From positions 1,040,161 through 1,104,160 of the forward strand of contig CAVZAA010000003.1 of the NCBI GenBank assembly GCA_963773105.1: 64,000 nucleotides of DNA. The letters are read 5' to 3'. Each line of letters starts with the position of its first letter. Position 1 is the first letter of the stretch. Below the pieces are notes generated by a model that made no database searches, had not been told where the DNA came from, and saw nothing but the letters and a program-made list of their open reading frames with translations. Position numbers and translations under genes: made by a program. Origin of the DNA: an uncultured Actinomycetota bacterium (lineage in GTDB: Bacteria; Actinomycetota; Actinomycetes; Streptosporangiales; Streptosporangiaceae). Positions 1-9,803 of the stretch are shown piece by piece.

Positions 1-61
1 CCCTGAGACGAGGTTCGCCTTCCCCTGCGACCTCAACCTCATCGAGCGGCTTCCGCACTCA

Positions 62-1984
62 CTAGCTGCGCACGGGTTGCCCGGTATCTGCTTCATATTC
101 TGCCGTAGGCCCACTATCGACACCAGTGGTATTGCGAAGAATCCCGCGTCTACGCGCAAGCAGGACCAACGCGGCCAGCCCGGTGACCGCCACGCCGGTC
201 CACATCACGTAATCGCCGGCCCGGTCGTAGAACGTCCGGTCGGCCGCCGCCGGGAGGTCCAGGCGGACCGTGACCACGCCGCTGCCGTCCTGGCCGAACC
301 AGGCGAGCTCCCTGCCCCTGGCGTCGAACGCGACCGTGTCCCCGGTCAGCGCGGCCTGGACGACGGGGCGGCCGGTCTCCGCCGCGCGCAGCGCAGCCAG
401 CGATCCGTGCTGGTCAGGACCCCAGGTTCCCTGGAACGTAGAGGTGGACGACTGGTAGACGATCAGCTGGGCACCCTGGTCGGTCTCCACCCGCGACATG
501 TCGGGGAACGCGGACTCGAAGCAGATGAGCACGCCGATGTTGAGCGGCTTCCCGTCTGGCGTGGTGGTCACGGTGAGCGTGTGCGCGCCGGTGCCGGGGA
601 TCATGTTGCTTGACGCGGCCTTGCTGATGCTGGTGAGCCAGCCGAGCTGCCTGCGGAACGGTATGTACTCGCCGAACGGCACCAGGCGCGTCTTCACGTA
701 CCTGCCCTGGACGCCGGACGGGCTGACCAGCACGGCTACCTTCTCCTGGCCGCCAGCGGCGTCGCTGTCGCTACCGCCACTCGGGCTGGAGCTCGGGCCC
801 GGGATGGTCGAGTCCTGGCTGGCGAGGATGTCCGCGTGGTCCTCGGCCGAGAGCCGCTCGATCTGCCGCAGCAGCGAGGGGTCGAGCGTCAGGTCGTAGG
901 CGACGCTCGACTCGCCCCAGACGATCAGGTTGGGGTGTTCGGCGGCGAGCGCCCGGTTCGCGCTGAACTCGGCGGTCAGCGCCTCGGAGGCGTCGACCCG
1001 CTGCACCGGGTTCTGCACCACGCCCGGCTGGACCAGGGCGATCGTCAGCGGCCGGACGGCCGGGAACGGCGCGGTGAGGGCGAACGCGAGCGGGCCCGAT
1101 CCGGCGGCGGCCACGAACGCGGCCGCCCCGAGCGCTCCGAGCGCGATTCGGCGGCGGCGGCCGATGGCGGCTGGGCCGACCGTGGCGAACGGGCCGGCTG
1201 AACGAGCTGAGCTGGCTGGGCTTGCCGTGACCGATGTCCCCAGTGGGCCGACTGGTCCGGGTGACCCAGCTGGGATAGCCGGGCTCGCCGTGGGGGACGG
1301 ACCGGCCGCGGCAGGCGCGGCGGACGTGGCGGTTGTCGCGGCTGTGCCCGCAGTCGGGGGCGCGCCCGTGAGGAGCAGCGGGTTGAGCGCGCCGACGACG
1401 AGCAGCAGCCCCACGTTGGCCAGCAACAGCGCGACGCTCACCAGCCACGTTCCGCCGATCGCGGCGAGCGCGAGGACGGCCGGGTGCTGCCACTGGGACG
1501 CCCCGTAGAGCCCCCAGGGGCCGCCGAGCCCCTGGTACGACCTGATCCACTCGGGGATCAGCCAGCAGCTCGGCACCACGATCAGCGCGGCCAGCGCGCC
1601 CGGACCCGACGCGGGCGGCTTCAGCAGGCGGTTGACCGCAATGCCGAATGGCGCCCACATGCCGCCGAAGACCGCGCCGATCAGCACCACGCCCGGGCCG
1701 ATCTGCGGCGTCATCCACTGCAGGATCGCGATCAGGTACCCGGCGCCGAACCACCAGCCCCGGGCGACGGCCTCTTTGGTCGTGGCGGCGCGGGTGAACA
1801 GCACCATGCCCGGCACCAGCGCAAACCAGGCGAGATAGGACAGGCTGGGCCCAGGAAACACCAGCACGGCGGGAAGCCCGCCCGCCAAGAACGCAAGCCA
1901 CCGGACCGGGTACCGGAAGGGCCGGGCGAGCACGCTGCGCAACCTCACGTGTCCATTGTCCGCCGAATGCAGGCGTCTGGTCAC
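62..1984 (-). CDS. lnt: apolipoprotein N-acyltransferase
   Basis: Multi-TM N-terminus followed by a nitrilase domain with the E-K-C triad (WGESS, YVKTRLVPFGEYIP, ICFES); contains a long Ala/Pro/Ser/Gly-rich insert. Confidence 0.92.
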   Translation of the reverse strand: MTRRLHSADNGHVRLRSVLARPFRYPVRWLAFLAGGLPAVLVFPGPSLSYLAWFALVPGMVLFTRAATTKEAVARGWWFGAGYLIAILQWMTPQIGPGVVLIGAVFGGMWAPFGIAVNRLLKPPASGPGALAALIVVPSCWLIPEWIRSYQGLGGPWGLYGASQWQHPAVLALAAIGGTWLVSVALLLANVGLLLVVGALNPLLLTGAPPTAGTAATTATSAAPAAAGPSPTASPAIPAGSPGPVGPLGTSVTASPASSARSAGPFATVGPAAIGRRRRIALGALGAAAFVAAAGSGPLAFALTAPFPAVRPLTIALVQPGVVQNPVQRVDASEALTAEFSANRALAAEHPNLIVWGESSVAYDLTLDPSLLRQIERLSAEDHADILASQDSTIPGPSSSPSGGSDSDAAGGQEKVAVLVSPSGVQGRYVKTRLVPFGEYIPFRRQLGWLTSISKAASSNMIPGTGAHTLTVTTTPDGKPLNIGVLICFESAFPDMSRVETDQGAQLIVYQSSTSTFQGTWGPDQHGSLAALRAAETGRPVVQAALTGDTVAFDARGRELAWFGQDGSGVVTVRLDLPAAADRTFYDRAGDYVMWTGVAVTGLAALVLLARRRGILRNTTGVDSGPTAEYEADTGQPVRS

Positions 1985-2008
1985 GCCGGGCCTGACCCCC
2001 GCGTCAGG

Positions 2009-2395
2009 CTAGCGGTGCGGAGTGAACCAGGTCGAGCAGTTTCCCGACCGGCCGTCGTGAACCACGTGCACGCTCACCTTGACCCGGAAACCAGGCGTGG
2101 CGCCGCTGATGTAGTAGCCGATGGACGCGTTGCCGCGCCTGCCCGCAGTGCCGGTCTTCTTGTGGTTGGTGGTCTTGTAATGAGCGACGGTAGTCACGGC
2201 GGCATAGCCGGCCGTGTGCACCCGCACGTAGGTCGTGGTGTAGTCGGCCGGGTGGTTGTTGCTCATCGACGCCTGGCAGGGAAGCGGCGCGCTGGCGGGC
2301 GCGGCGGCGGCCGCCGAGGCCGTCACTACACCGCCGGCCGTCAGCAGCGCGGCCACGGCGAGCGGCGCGGCGACAAGAGACCTCCTACGAACCAT
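2009..2395 (-). CDS. small secreted protein (signal peptide, two Cys)
   Basis: ATG at 2395 gives MVRRRSLVAAPLAVAALL...ASA, a signal peptide; beta-rich basic mature domain with Cys near each end. Confidence 0.7.
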   Translation of the reverse strand: MVRRRSLVAAPLAVAALLTAGGVVTASAAAAAPASAPLPCQASMSNNHPADYTTTYVRVHTAGYAAVTTVAHYKTTNHKKTGTAGRRGNASIGYYISGATPGFRVKVSVHVVHDGRSGNCSTWFTPHR

Positions 2396-2443
2396 GACAA
2401 TCCCTTCGACAAAGACGCGATTGGCAGTGATGGTCATCACATG

Positions 2444-2458
2444 ATCACACTGAGTGAG
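2444..2458. promoter_or_regulatory. BldD-box-like operator
   Basis: ATCACACTGAGTGAG fits the Streptomyces BldD consensus NTNACNCWGNGTNAN; about 50 bp upstream of the 2395 start. Confidence 0.45.
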
Positions 2459-2488
2459 ATGATGGCGTCGCCTGTGCGATCCGCGCAC

Positions 2489-2538
2489 CCGCCGACGGGG
2501 CTATCTTGCTGTTATCCGCACGATAGCCCCGTCGGCGG
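2489..2538 (-). terminator. 17-bp perfect stem-loop downstream of coxM-like gene; loop carries the TTGCTGTTATC motif
   Basis: CCGCCGACGGGGCTATC (2489-2505) pairs with GATAGCCCCGTCGGCGG (2522-2538). Confidence 0.7.
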
Positions 2539-2542
2539 CGGC

Positions 2543-3364
2543 TTACGAGCGCGCGGCCGCCTCTTCAAGGGCGCGCCTGACCAGTACGCGGGCGAGGTGC
2601 TCGCGGTAGGCCTTGGTCGCGTGGATGTCGGAACCCGCGGACGTGCCCTCGGCGGCCAGCGCCGCCGCGTCAGCGACCGACGCGCCGGATGCGAGCGCCG
2701 ACTCCACGGCGGACGCGCGCAGCGGGGTCAGGCCCATGTTGATCAGGGCCACCGACGATCCCTGCACCGCCACGCCGACGATCGCCCAGTCGATCTTCCG
2801 CTTGGTGAACTTCTGGAACGACCACGCGGACGGCCTGGCCGGCTTCGGGATCTGAATCTCGGTGAGCAGCTCGCCGGGCTCGATCGCGGTCTCGAAGATC
2901 CCCTTGAAGAACTCCGCGGCGGGCACCGACCGAGTACCCGACGCGCCCTTGATCACGAACGACGCGTCCAGCGCGAGCAGCGTGGCCGGCAGGTCGGAGG
3001 CCGCGTCGCCGTGCGCGACGGAGCCGCCGATCGTTCCCCGGTGCCTGATCTGCGGGTCGCCGACCTCGCCCGCAGTATGGGCGAGGAGCGGGATGTCGGA
3101 CGCCAGCAGCGCCGACGTCGCCACATCGTGGTGCCTGGTCAGCGCGCCGACCGCGACGTAGGCGCCCTCGTCGCGGATATACGACAGCTCGGTGATCCGG
3201 CCGAGGTCGATGAGCACCTCGGGGAAGGCCAGCCGCAGCTTCATCATCGGCAGCAGCGAGTGCCCGCCCGCTAGGTACTTGGCGTCCTCGCCGTGCTCGG
3301 CCGCCAGCCCGAGCGCCTCGTCGACCGACGACGCGCGGACATAGGTAAACGCCGGTGGGATCAC
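2543..3364 (-). CDS. xanthine dehydrogenase/CO dehydrogenase family FAD-binding (medium) subunit, CoxM-like
   Basis: AGGHSLLP and [12 protein letters not shown] motifs; GTG start overlaps the upstream TGA (GTGA). Confidence 0.92.
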   Translation of the reverse strand: MIPPAFTYVRASSVDEALGLAAEHGEDAKYLAGGHSLLPMMKLRLAFPEVLIDLGRITELSYIRDEGAYVAVGALTRHHDVATSALLASDIPLLAHTAGEVGDPQIRHRGTIGGSVAHGDAASDLPATLLALDASFVIKGASGTRSVPAAEFFKGIFETAIEPGELLTEIQIPKPARPSAWSFQKFTKRKIDWAIVGVAVQGSSVALINMGLTPLRASAVESALASGASVADAAALAAEGTSAGSDIHATKAYREHLARVLVRRALEEAAARS

Positions 3365-3843
3365 TGGGCCGCCTCCTGCGCGTTGCCAGCGGCGGCGGCG
3401 GTCAGCGCCGCCTGGACGATGTTGTGGTAGCCGGTGCACCGGCAGATGTTGCCCTCAAGGCCCTCCCGGACCTCTGCCTCGGTCGGCGACGGGTTCTCCT
3501 TCAGCAGCGACACGATCGCCATCACCATGCCCGGCGTGCAGTAGCCGCACTGCAGGCCGTGCTCGGTGTGGAACGCCCGCTGCACCGGGTGCATCTCGCC
3601 GCTGTCGGACGCCAGCCCCTCCAGGGTCGTCACCGACCGGCCGTCCGCCTGGGCGGCCAGCACCGTGCACGACTTGACCGACTCGCCGTCAAGCAGCACC
3701 GTGCAGGCGCCGCAGGAGGTGGTGTCGCAGCCGATGTTGGTCGCGGTGAGGTCCGCCGTGTCGCGCAGGAAGTGCACGAGCAGCGTGCGGTCCTCGACGT
3801 CGGCGGTGACGTCCTTGCCGTTGACGGTCAGTTCGACCTTCAC
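3361..3843 (-). CDS. (2Fe-2S)-binding small subunit, CoxS-like
   Basis: [20 protein letters not shown] and CRCTGY motifs; GTG start overlaps the stop of the large subunit. Confidence 0.95.
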   Translation of the reverse strand: MKVELTVNGKDVTADVEDRTLLVHFLRDTADLTATNIGCDTTSCGACTVLLDGESVKSCTVLAAQADGRSVTTLEGLASDSGEMHPVQRAFHTEHGLQCGYCTPGMVMAIVSLLKENPSPTEAEVREGLEGNICRCTGYHNIVQAALTAAAAGNAQEAAQ

Positions 3844-6164
3844 TGGGCGCTCACTTTCCTGGCTCCGCCCTTCTGGATAGCGGTCCAAACTCGTTCTGGC
3901 GTCATCGGCATGTCGATGTGCCGGACGCCGAGGTGCGACACGGCGTCGATCACCGCGTTGTGCACGGCCGGAGTGGCACCGATCGTGCCGGCCTCGCCGA
4001 TGCCCTTCACGCCCATCGGGTTCACTGGGGTCGGCGTCTCGCTTCTCAGCAGCTCGAAGCTGGGCAGCTCGGCCGCGGTGATCGCGGCGTAGTCGGCGAG
4101 GGTTGAGGTCAGCGGGTTGCCGTCGACGTCGTAGAGGATCTCCTCGCACAGCGCCTGGGCCGCGCCCTGGGCGATGCCGCCGTGCCGCTGGCCGTCGAGC
4201 AGGATCGGATTGAGCACCGGTCCCGCGTCGTCCGCGGTGACGTGCCGCAGCAGCGTGACCTTGCCGGTCTCGGTGTCCACCTCGACCAGTGACAGATGCG
4301 TGCCGAACGGGAAGGTCGGGCGGTCGGCGGTGAACCGCACGTTGGCCACGATCAGTCCCTGGTCGGCCGCCGAGGCAACCTGCGACCAGGTCAGCGACTT
4401 GTCCGGGTCGCCCTTGATGTGCCATAGGCCGGACTCAGAGTCGAGCTCAACGTCGGCCTCGTCGGCCTCGAAGAGCTCGGCCGCCTTCTTGCCCGCCTCG
4501 TCCTTGATCTCGATCGCCGCCTTCTGCACGGCCGAGCCGCCAAGCTGCAGCGAGCGCGAGGCGTAGGTGCCGATGCCGTCCGGTATCAGGTCGGTGTCAC
4601 CGTGGATGACCTCGATCTTGTCCATCGGGATGCCGAGCTCGGCGGTCACGATCATCGCGAACGCGGTGTTGTGACCCTGGCCGTGCGCGGAGCTGCCGGT
4701 GTAGACGGTGGCGGTGCCATCGTCGTGGACCTCGACCTTCGCGGTCTCGCCCGCCCCGGCGTCGGCCGCGGTGATCTCCACGTAGCAGGCGAGGCCGATG
4801 CCGAGCTGCCTGGTGTCGCCCGCCTCGCGGCGGCGCTGCTGCTCGGCCCGGAGCCCCGCGTAGTCGGCGGCCTCGAGCACCTTGTCCAGCGCGGCCTCGT
4901 AGTCGCCGGTGTCGTAGGGAGCGCCGGTCTTGGTGACGAACGGGAACTGCTCGGGCTGGATGAAGTTGAGCCTGCGCACCACGGCCGGGTCAACCCCGGC
5001 CTCGGCCGCGAACCAGTCCACCGCCCGCTCGATCGTCGCGGCGGCCTCGGGGCGGCCGGCGCCCCGGTACGCGGCGATAGGAGTCGCGTTGGTGACCACG
5101 ACCTTGTAGCCGGCCTGGACGGCGGGGATGTCGTAGACGCCCGGCGCCATCAGGTTGGTCAGCATCGGCAGGAAGCCGGACATCCGCGCGTATCCGCCGG
5201 TGTCCTGGACGACGTCGAGGCGGTAGGCCTTGATGTGGCCGTCCTTGTCGCCGCCGATCTTGATGTGGTGCTGCTGCGCGCGGCCCTGGGTCATCGCCAG
5301 CATGTTCTCGCTGCGGGTCTCCACCCAGCGCACCGGACGGCCGACGTGCTTGGCCGCCCACGCGATGATGATCGACTCGCGATCGACGCCGATCTTGGCG
5401 CCGAACCCGCCGCCCACGTCGGGGGCGACCACCCGGATCGCCTCCGGCGGCAGGCCGATGGCGGTCAGGATCAGCCGCGCGATCTGGGCGTTCTGAGTCG
5501 ACGTCCAGACCGTCAGCTTCCCGTTGCTGAACGCCGCCGCGGTCGACCTGCCCTCCATCGGCAGGCAGGCGACCCGCTGGTTGGTGACGTCGCCCTCGAC
5601 GATGACCTCGCAGCCCTCGAAGATCGAGTCGTCGCTGACCTCGCCGCGCCCCTGGGTGACCACGTTGGTGCCGGCCTCGGGGTAGAGCAGGCTGTCGGCC
5701 GCGAGGGCCGCTTCGATGGAGGCCACCGCGGGCAGCTGCTCGTAGTCGACGCTGACCAGCTCGGCGGCGTCCTCGCCGCCGTAGGTGCTGTCGGTGAGGA
5801 CCAGCGCGACCGGCTCCCCGACGAACCGCACCCGGTCGACCGCGAGCAGCGGCTCGGACCACGGCGGCCCCATAGGCACCGGGCCCTCGGGCGGCGGCGC
5901 GTCGTCGGCGGGCGGCTCGACCGGCGGCGGCGCGGGCAGATCGGTCATATCCGCCACGGTCAGCACGGCGATCACTCCCGGCTGGTCAAGCGCGGCCGAG
6001 GCGTCGATGCCGGTGATCAGCGCGTGCGCCACCGGCGAGCGCACGAACGTGGCCCGCACCGCCCCGGCGAGCTCGGGTTCGCGCACGTCATCGACATAAA
6101 CGCCACCCGAGGTCAGCAGCCGAGGATCCTCCGTACGGATTACCCGCGTGCCCAGAATGCTCAT
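3840..6164 (-). CDS. molybdopterin-binding large subunit, form II CoxL-like / xanthine dehydrogenase family
   Basis: [18 protein letters not shown] (form II signature), GQGH, GIAQG and KGIGEAG motifs; GGAGG RBS upstream. Confidence 0.93.
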   Translation of the reverse strand: MSILGTRVIRTEDPRLLTSGGVYVDDVREPELAGAVRATFVRSPVAHALITGIDASAALDQPGVIAVLTVADMTDLPAPPPVEPPADDAPPPEGPVPMGPPWSEPLLAVDRVRFVGEPVALVLTDSTYGGEDAAELVSVDYEQLPAVASIEAALAADSLLYPEAGTNVVTQGRGEVSDDSIFEGCEVIVEGDVTNQRVACLPMEGRSTAAAFSNGKLTVWTSTQNAQIARLILTAIGLPPEAIRVVAPDVGGGFGAKIGVDRESIIIAWAAKHVGRPVRWVETRSENMLAMTQGRAQQHHIKIGGDKDGHIKAYRLDVVQDTGGYARMSGFLPMLTNLMAPGVYDIPAVQAGYKVVVTNATPIAAYRGAGRPEAAATIERAVDWFAAEAGVDPAVVRRLNFIQPEQFPFVTKTGAPYDTGDYEAALDKVLEAADYAGLRAEQQRRREAGDTRQLGIGLACYVEITAADAGAGETAKVEVHDDGTATVYTGSSAHGQGHNTAFAMIVTAELGIPMDKIEVIHGDTDLIPDGIGTYASRSLQLGGSAVQKAAIEIKDEAGKKAAELFEADEADVELDSESGLWHIKGDPDKSLTWSQVASAADQGLIVANVRFTADRPTFPFGTHLSLVEVDTETGKVTLLRHVTADDAGPVLNPILLDGQRHGGIAQGAAQALCEEILYDVDGNPLTSTLADYAAITAAELPSFELLRSETPTPVNPMGVKGIGEAGTIGATPAVHNAVIDAVSHLGVRHIDMPMTPERVWTAIQKGGARKVSAQ

Positions 6165-6376
6165 AAAACCTCCGCTGATAAGCACTTGCCCGCGAACTTA
6201 CACCCTCCGCGTCAGGCGCTTCTAGCCTGCATGGCGCAACGTTACGCTGTTTTCCTTGTGGTCAAACCAGCAGGTAGAGGCGTGGTCGGTAGTCTCAATG
6301 TGACTTCCAGCCGATAATTCAACAGCGCAAAGATAAACCCGAATATATCGAACGGACCGCTGTTTCACCCACCAAC

Positions 6377-6392
6377 GCTTCTTGCTGTTATC
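6377..6392 (+). repeat. dispersed motif GCTTCTTGCTGTTATC, representative copy (core TTGCTGTTATC starts at 2506, 6382, 7442, 7598, 34666, 35913, 56886, 61665)
   Basis: The same 11-16 bp AT-rich word was read directly at eight positions, all on the + strand. Confidence 0.9.
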
Positions 6393-6561
6393 CGCGCTTG
6401 GCCTGGGTCCTGGCCGCGCTTCATCGCCTTGCGGGTGCGCCCCCGGGGGCGGCGGATTAGCATGACGTCAAAATGACGAACCAGGACAAACAGTCACCCG
6501 GCCGACCGGCAGCGGCTCGCGGGCCGGCGTCGGCCGGCGGGCTCGCGTCGGCCGGCTGGCC

Positions 6562-7266
6562 GTGCGGAATGCAGATGCCTTGTTGTTCGCGGCCGACATG
6601 TACGGCCTGCAACTCGACCAGCTCGCCGCGCTGACCGGCGGCGAGCGGTCCGCGCGGTCGGCGGCGGCCCGGTGGCGCGAACTCGGCTACGCGGAGACCG
6701 CCAGGCTGAGCCCGGGCGCGGCCTGGCTGTGGGTGACCAGGGCGGGCCTGGCCGCCTGCGGGCTCGGCTACCGGCCCGGCCGCCCCGCGCTGGCCCGGCT
6801 TGCGCACATCAGGGCGGTTACCGCCGCCCGCATCGCGCTCGAGGCGACCGCGGGCTACCGCGCCGCCAGCGCGTTCTGGCGGTGCGAGCGGCGGATCAGG
6901 TCCAGGCACGGGGTCGGCGTTCGCCAGCACCTGCCCGACGCGGAGGTGCACTGGCCGGACGGGGCGCACGGCCAGGACGGGACGCCGATCGGCTGGGCGG
7001 GCGAATGCTGGGCGGTCGAGGCCGAGCTCACGCCGAAGACCGTCGCCCGCACCACCGCGATCATGCGCGAGATCCTCTTCCGCACCGGCGACTACGGCTG
7101 CCCGGCGGCCGACGTCTCGGTCCCCGGCCGGCCGCCCAGGCACGCGCGCGCGCTCTACCTGTGCTCCCCTGCCGCGCTGCCCACCGTGCTGCGGGCCCGC
7201 GCCGCCCTCGGCTCGCTCGCCGCCCGCATCGAGGTCCGCGACCTCCCGCCCGGCGGGCTCCTCTAA
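6562..7266 (+). CDS. Replic_Relax / MOB-C-like PD-(D/E)XK relaxase-nuclease
   Basis: wHTH-like N-terminus, LAH..AV segment, PDA...AVEAELTPKTVART matching D...ExE[RL]xxKxxxR; true start uncertain because the frame is open from 6466. Confidence 0.7.
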   Translation: MRNADALLFAADMYGLQLDQLAALTGGERSARSAAARWRELGYAETARLSPGAAWLWVTRAGLAACGLGYRPGRPALARLAHIRAVTAARIALEATAGYRAASAFWRCERRIRSRHGVGVRQHLPDAEVHWPDGAHGQDGTPIGWAGECWAVEAELTPKTVARTTAIMREILFRTGDYGCPAADVSVPGRPPRHARALYLCSPAALPTVLRARAALGSLAARIEVRDLPPGGLL

Positions 7267-7470
7267 TCTAAGCCTTCCCGCCGCGCGTAGCGCGTCGGGC
7301 CAGCCTTGCGCGCAGCTTCCCACCTCGGTGCTGCGGGTGGCGCTTCCAAACGTCGCGTGGCGGATTCTCGTGTCGCGGCGCGCTTCTCGTCGGCGCGCTT
7401 CTCGTCGGCGCGCTCTCGGCCCGCATCGCGCACAACGCTTCTTGCTGTTATCTCGTTACTTGGGTCGAGA

Positions 7471-7566
7471 CTTCCTATCAGATCTGACCACTTTTCGCCT
7501 TCCTATCACTTCTGACCACTTTTCCGTCCGATTTGTCGGATTTTTATGGTCAGAACTGATAGGAAG
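7471..7566. repeat. direct plus inverted repeat array CTTCCTATCA-NN-TCTGACCA (oriT/iteron-like)
   Basis: Direct copies at 7471-7496 and 7499-7524 (28-bp period), inverted copy at 7547-7566, internal hairpin TCCGA-TTTG-TCGGA at 7527-7540. Confidence 0.85.
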
Positions 7567-7748
7567 CTGCGTGCGGCTAGCGCGCTTGGCGCCCTCTTTG
7601 CTGTTATCTGGCACTTTCGGCGCGAGGATCGCGAGGCTGACGACGTAATTGGACCGTAAGAGGCCATTTCGGCGGTTTGGCGGCCGGAGGTGGTGTAGTT
7701 GGCGCGTGAGCAGGCAGCACGGGCCGCAGACGCGGCACCCGGTGCGGC

Positions 7749-9803
7749 GTGCCGTTGGGCGCGCGGCTGTCTGTGCTGCTGCGGCTGGCTCTGGTAGCCG
7801 CCGCCGCGGTCGCCATCGCGCCGGTCACCCTGGCCGCCGCCGGGGCGGTCGGCTATGCGTGGTGGCGGGGGTGGACGCCGCGGCGGCTGTACGGGGCCGC
7901 GCTGTGGTGCCTGCCGATGGCCGCCGCGTGGCTGATCGCGGTCGCCGTCTGGCCGGAGCGAGCCACCTCGCCGGTCCTGGCGTCCGGGTTCCACCCGCCG
8001 CCGCCGGGGGTCGGGCCGGGCGCGCTGTGGTTCCGCGTGGTCGCCGCGCCGTACCGCGCATGGACGGGAATGTGGCAGCTCATCGGGCATGGGCAGGCGG
8101 GCGCGGCGGTGGTCGCGGTCGCGCCGCTGGCGGCGCCGCTCGGCATCGCGGTCGGCGGGCTGGCCTGGACGTACCGGCTCTTCCGGATGCGCTCCGGGGC
8201 CGGCGGTCTCACCCCGGCCGCGCCCGCGGCGTTCGACCAACGGCAGTGGCGGCACCAGGTCAGGTCCGCGCGAGCGCTGATCGCGGCGCCCGGCTCCTTG
8301 CCCCTGCTGTCGGCGAGCGGGCAGGTGGCGGTGGGCGCGACGATCCGCTCGGTCCGGCACCGGGCCGGGCGCGCGGCGATGATCCCGTATGAGCGGCTCC
8401 GTTCCCATCAGGTAGTCATCGGGTCAACCGGGACCGGCAAGACCACCTTGCTACTGCGGCTCTGGGCCGGGTTCATGGCCGCCGGGCTGCGCAGGCACGC
8501 GGCCGGGACCGGGCGGCCTCCGCTCCTGGTCGTGCTCGACTGCAAGGGCGGCGCGTCCTCCCGCAAGGTCGCCGACCGGACCCGCCGGGTGCTGCGTGAC
8601 GCCGGCGCGCGCTCGACCGCCATCTGGCCGGACGAGACGCCGCTTTCGCTCTGGACGCTGTCGCCCGACCGGCTGGTGACCACGCTGCTCGACCTGATCG
8701 AGCACGGCACCGGCGGCGCCGCGTACTACAGCGACGTAATGGAGGCGCTCGTCTCGCTCGCGGTCTGCGCGCCGTGCGGACCGCCGGCGAACTCGGCCGA
8801 CTTCCTCGGCCGGCTCGATGCGGACTGGCTGGCCATGGTGTACGGGGCAACCGGCGACGTCGCGGGGGTGGCGACGGCCAGGTCCTCGGCCAAGGCCTTC
8901 AATGACGTGAAGCTGCGGTTCGCGGCGCTGTGGCGGCGACTGGGGGGCGGCCTCGACGGGTGCGCCACCTACGCGGACGCGGATGCGTGGTACTGCGTGC
9001 TCGAGGGCACCGCGGAGGTCGCGGTGGCGGAAGCGCAGGCGCGGGCGCTGACCGACCTGCTCGCGTTCTACGCGCTCGACGGCGAGCGCGAGATCCTGCT
9101 CTGCGTTGACGAATTCTCCGCCGTGAGCAGGCGGCTGCCGATCTGGCAGCTGTACGAGCGGGCTCGGTCGCTCGGGCTCGCGGTCCAGGTGTCCGCGCAG
9201 TCCTGGGAGGGGCTGGCCGGTACCGAGGACGAGCGGAACCGGGTCTCCGCCACCGCCGAGGGCGGAATCTGGCTGCTGCGCACGCCGCGGCCGGACGCCG
9301 TGGTGGCGCTGGCGGGAACACAGTCCGCGGTGGACACCACCCGGCGGTTTGATGGCGCGGGCGCATGGTCGGATGACGGTCTGTCGCGGACGATGCTGGC
9401 GCCGGTGCTCGACGGAGACATCGTCCGGCGGCTGGACGTGGGGCAGGTCGCCTACGTGTACCGCGGCGGCGTGACGTTCCTGCAGATCAAGCGCCTGACC
9501 GGGAAGCAGGCGGCGATCGGTCGGGGCGCCGCCTGGACCACTCCCGCCGGTGCGGCCGGTGGCGCCCAGGGAGCGGCGGGATGGATGGCCGGCGTCGGCG
9601 CTTCCCCGGCCGACGCGGCCGGGGAAGCACGGGGGTGGCTGGCCGGGGTCGGGGCTTCTCCAGCCAGTGCGGGCAAGGGGGCGGGATGGGTGGCAAGCTT
9701 CGGAGAGCCGAGCGAACCGCCGACGACGCCGCTGCCCGTCGCGGCGGCACTGCCCGACGTGAGCGAGGTGCTCGACGATGCATTCGGGGCGGGCCATGAC
9801 TGA
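7749..9803 (+). CDS. type IV coupling protein (VirD4/TraD/TrwB-like) membrane ATPase
   Basis: N-terminal TM helices, Walker A GSTGTGKT, LDCKG, Walker B LLCVDEF, ERARSLG...SAQS; start uncertain. Confidence 0.82.
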   Translation: MPLGARLSVLLRLALVAAAAVAIAPVTLAAAGAVGYAWWRGWTPRRLYGAALWCLPMAAAWLIAVAVWPERATSPVLASGFHPPPPGVGPGALWFRVVAAPYRAWTGMWQLIGHGQAGAAVVAVAPLAAPLGIAVGGLAWTYRLFRMRSGAGGLTPAAPAAFDQRQWRHQVRSARALIAAPGSLPLLSASGQVAVGATIRSVRHRAGRAAMIPYERLRSHQVVIGSTGTGKTTLLLRLWAGFMAAGLRRHAAGTGRPPLLVVLDCKGGASSRKVADRTRRVLRDAGARSTAIWPDETPLSLWTLSPDRLVTTLLDLIEHGTGGAAYYSDVMEALVSLAVCAPCGPPANSADFLGRLDADWLAMVYGATGDVAGVATARSSAKAFNDVKLRFAALWRRLGGGLDGCATYADADAWYCVLEGTAEVAVAEAQARALTDLLAFYALDGEREILLCVDEFSAVSRRLPIWQLYERARSLGLAVQVSAQSWEGLAGTEDERNRVSATAEGGIWLLRTPRPDAVVALAGTQSAVDTTRRFDGAGAWSDDGLSRTMLAPVLDGDIVRRLDVGQVAYVYRGGVTFLQIKRLTGKQAAIGRGAAWTTPAGAAGGAQGAAGWMAGVGASPADAAGEARGWLAGVGASPASAGKGAGWVASFGEPSEPPTTPLPVAAALPDVSEVLDDAFGAGHD

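Noticed and set aside
2512-2520. DnaA box-like TTATCCGCA
   Set aside because: Single mismatched copy; other copies of the motif do not continue as CCACA; no oriC context
3840-6164. Bona fide aerobic CO dehydrogenase (form I)
   Set aside because: Lacks the AYXCSFR Cu-binding motif and accessory cox genes
6309-6335. dif-like site (AGCCGATAA resembles a XerC arm)
   Set aside because: No XerD arm (TTATGTYAA) follows the 6-bp spacer
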